A stretch of DNA of 63,603 nt, filler included, from Hyphochytrium catenoides (taxonomy: Eukaryota > Protista > Hyphochytriomycota), in assembly GCA_900088475.1 (NCBI GenBank). It is 11 parts of 11 records of this genome, joined end to end, with 100 filler letters (N's around TTAATTAATTAA, not from the genome) between each part and the next. Parts side by side here need not be neighbours in the genome. Positions count along the whole stretch, not along the records: positions 62,240 to 63,603 come from FLMG01001600.1; 10 more parts are not named here. One strand, written 5' to 3'. A program made the translations under genes and the position numbers. The notes below the pieces were generated by a model. The model searched no databases and was not told the DNA's origin. It saw nothing but the letters and a program-made list of their open reading frames with translations. This document shows positions 62,240-63,603 of this stretch, piece after piece. Each line of letters opens with the position of its first letter. The first letter of the stretch is position 1.

Positions 62240-63603
62240 CAGCCCCTGCTGCGTATAGCGCAGCTTCCATAGATTGCTGTAGATCGAGAAGAGAGGAATC
62301 CTTTAGTAACTTGCAGTCGAATCCTACTTCTGCAGTCACATGCTCTATGCCCCTATTTAGTGTAGCCTGTTGGCCTCTTGTCGCTCACTTTTCCCTCTTA
62401 TGTCTCTCGGTGTTCACACCTTGGAGATAGCTGTGTCTGAATCTAGAAGTTTAATGGCAGTCTCCGATGGAATGGAGTCACAGAGCCGCTGAAGGCGGAC
62501 AAGATAAGGGTAGTCATGGACCTTCAGTATCGCCTGGATCTGCGGCACACGTGGTGTCAGATAAAGAAACTAGGGCAGCTAGGAAAGGTTGGCCAAAGGC
62601 ATGAGCGGCACCACTGACGACTCAAAGCTTGATATTGAGAATCTATCTTACCTCTGCTTTCTCCACCTTGGCAGAAACTTGAACTCTGCCAGTGAATTCT
62701 CTAGACCAAAATATCCCATTTTGAGGGTTCAGCAACACCTTGCAGGAAGTACCAAGAGAAGGAATCGAGGAGCGAAGAGGAGCCGGTTTAGGTCAGGGCA
62801 GAAGCTTACCACGACGAGCAACTGTTGTCGGCAGCAGCGCTTCTCTCTACTAACCGGGTCTACGTTGTTTCTTAGCTGTACAGTCAGAGGTTTACCTTGA
62901 GTCTTAGTGGGTTCTCAGGAGGTGGTAAAGGAGCACTCCTAGCCAGTGAGGAGGATGTGAAGTGCTGCTCACAGATTGGATGCTTGTAGACTAAAGTACA
63001 GGCGCTCTTCTTGTCGGCTGACAGTGCCTTTTGCCCCTGTTTCGCTTCGTCCTCGCTCAAAGTCAGCTCCAAATACACTTGATGGAAACCACAAAGCTTG
63101 GCCCAATCCGCCGGCGTTCTTGCCCTCTTGTCCTGTGACGTAGGATCTGCACCGTGTTGCTTCATAAACCTTACTCCTTCTAGGAAGCCATTCATGGCCG
63201 CGATATGGAGTGCCGTCTAATATTTGGTGAAAGATGGAGAGAGCAAAATCGACGTAAGCCCTTACAGAGGTATACTGAAGGCAGCTTTTGAAAGCAAGAG
63301 ACAGACAGGAGACCACGATCCGGAGAAAGGGGCTTTGCCACACCTGCCCTTCCCAGTTCTTGGCGCTTAAGCTAGCCCCTTTTTTCACTAGAAACTTCAC
63401 CATGCCTAGGCTGGCATACTTCGAAGCTACACCTAGTGCTCGCGCCCCAGACTTGTCCCTGACCTGAAGAATGAGCGAGTGGGTAATAACAAGGGCATAT
63501 TGAGTTATGTCAGCTGATAGAAGGATTGATTATGGGTTGATGGCAGGCCAGGGGAGGCGAAAGCACCTCTAAGAGCTCAGAGGCCCCATGTTCCCAGAGC
63601 ACT
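62240..63603 (-). CDS. Ankyrin-repeat + histone deacetylase fusion protein, internal fragment
   Basis: Ankyrin repeats (GMVKFLVKKGA, GQ/TALHIAAMNGFLEGVRFMKQHGAD, RTPADWA) are spliced to HDAC N-terminal motifs HPICEQH...PPENPLRLK/VL, ILKVHDYPYL, LDSDTAISK and QSMEAALYAAGA. Confidence 0.88.

Overview
Eukaryotic nuclear DNA with spliceosomal introns packed with (CT)n/(AG)n microsatellites. The gene set suggests a SAR-lineage protist, probably a stramenopile (inference only). The window is not one locus: ten identical 100-bp spacers (N44-TTAATTAATTAA-N44) join 11 unrelated contigs, so adjacency is meaningful only within a contig. Recognisable host genes are a Ser/Thr kinase (5' part), LTN1/listerin E3 ligase, a PLGRKT-family protein, a voltage-sensor/ion-channel adenylyl cyclase fusion, a bacterial-type ROK fructokinase, a PH-domain protein, a Reb1/TTF1-like Myb fragment and an ankyrin-histone deacetylase fragment. 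Two orphan membrane proteins are also present. Mobile DNA is abundant: a chromovirus (Ty3/gypsy) 3' end, nested Ty1/copia relics, an intron-containing KDZ/HMGXB3-like transposase relic and Helitron/Helentron-like non-autonomous elements. The most notable stretch is 41.6-46.75 kb, a decayed Polinton/virus-like element with a protein-primed PolB and a Zn-finger/HNH nuclease missed by the ORF track, next to a ~105-bp fold-back hairpin. The channel-cyclase also carries an Arg where this family normally has the ATP-specifying Lys. All assignments come from manual motif recognition; no database searches were run.
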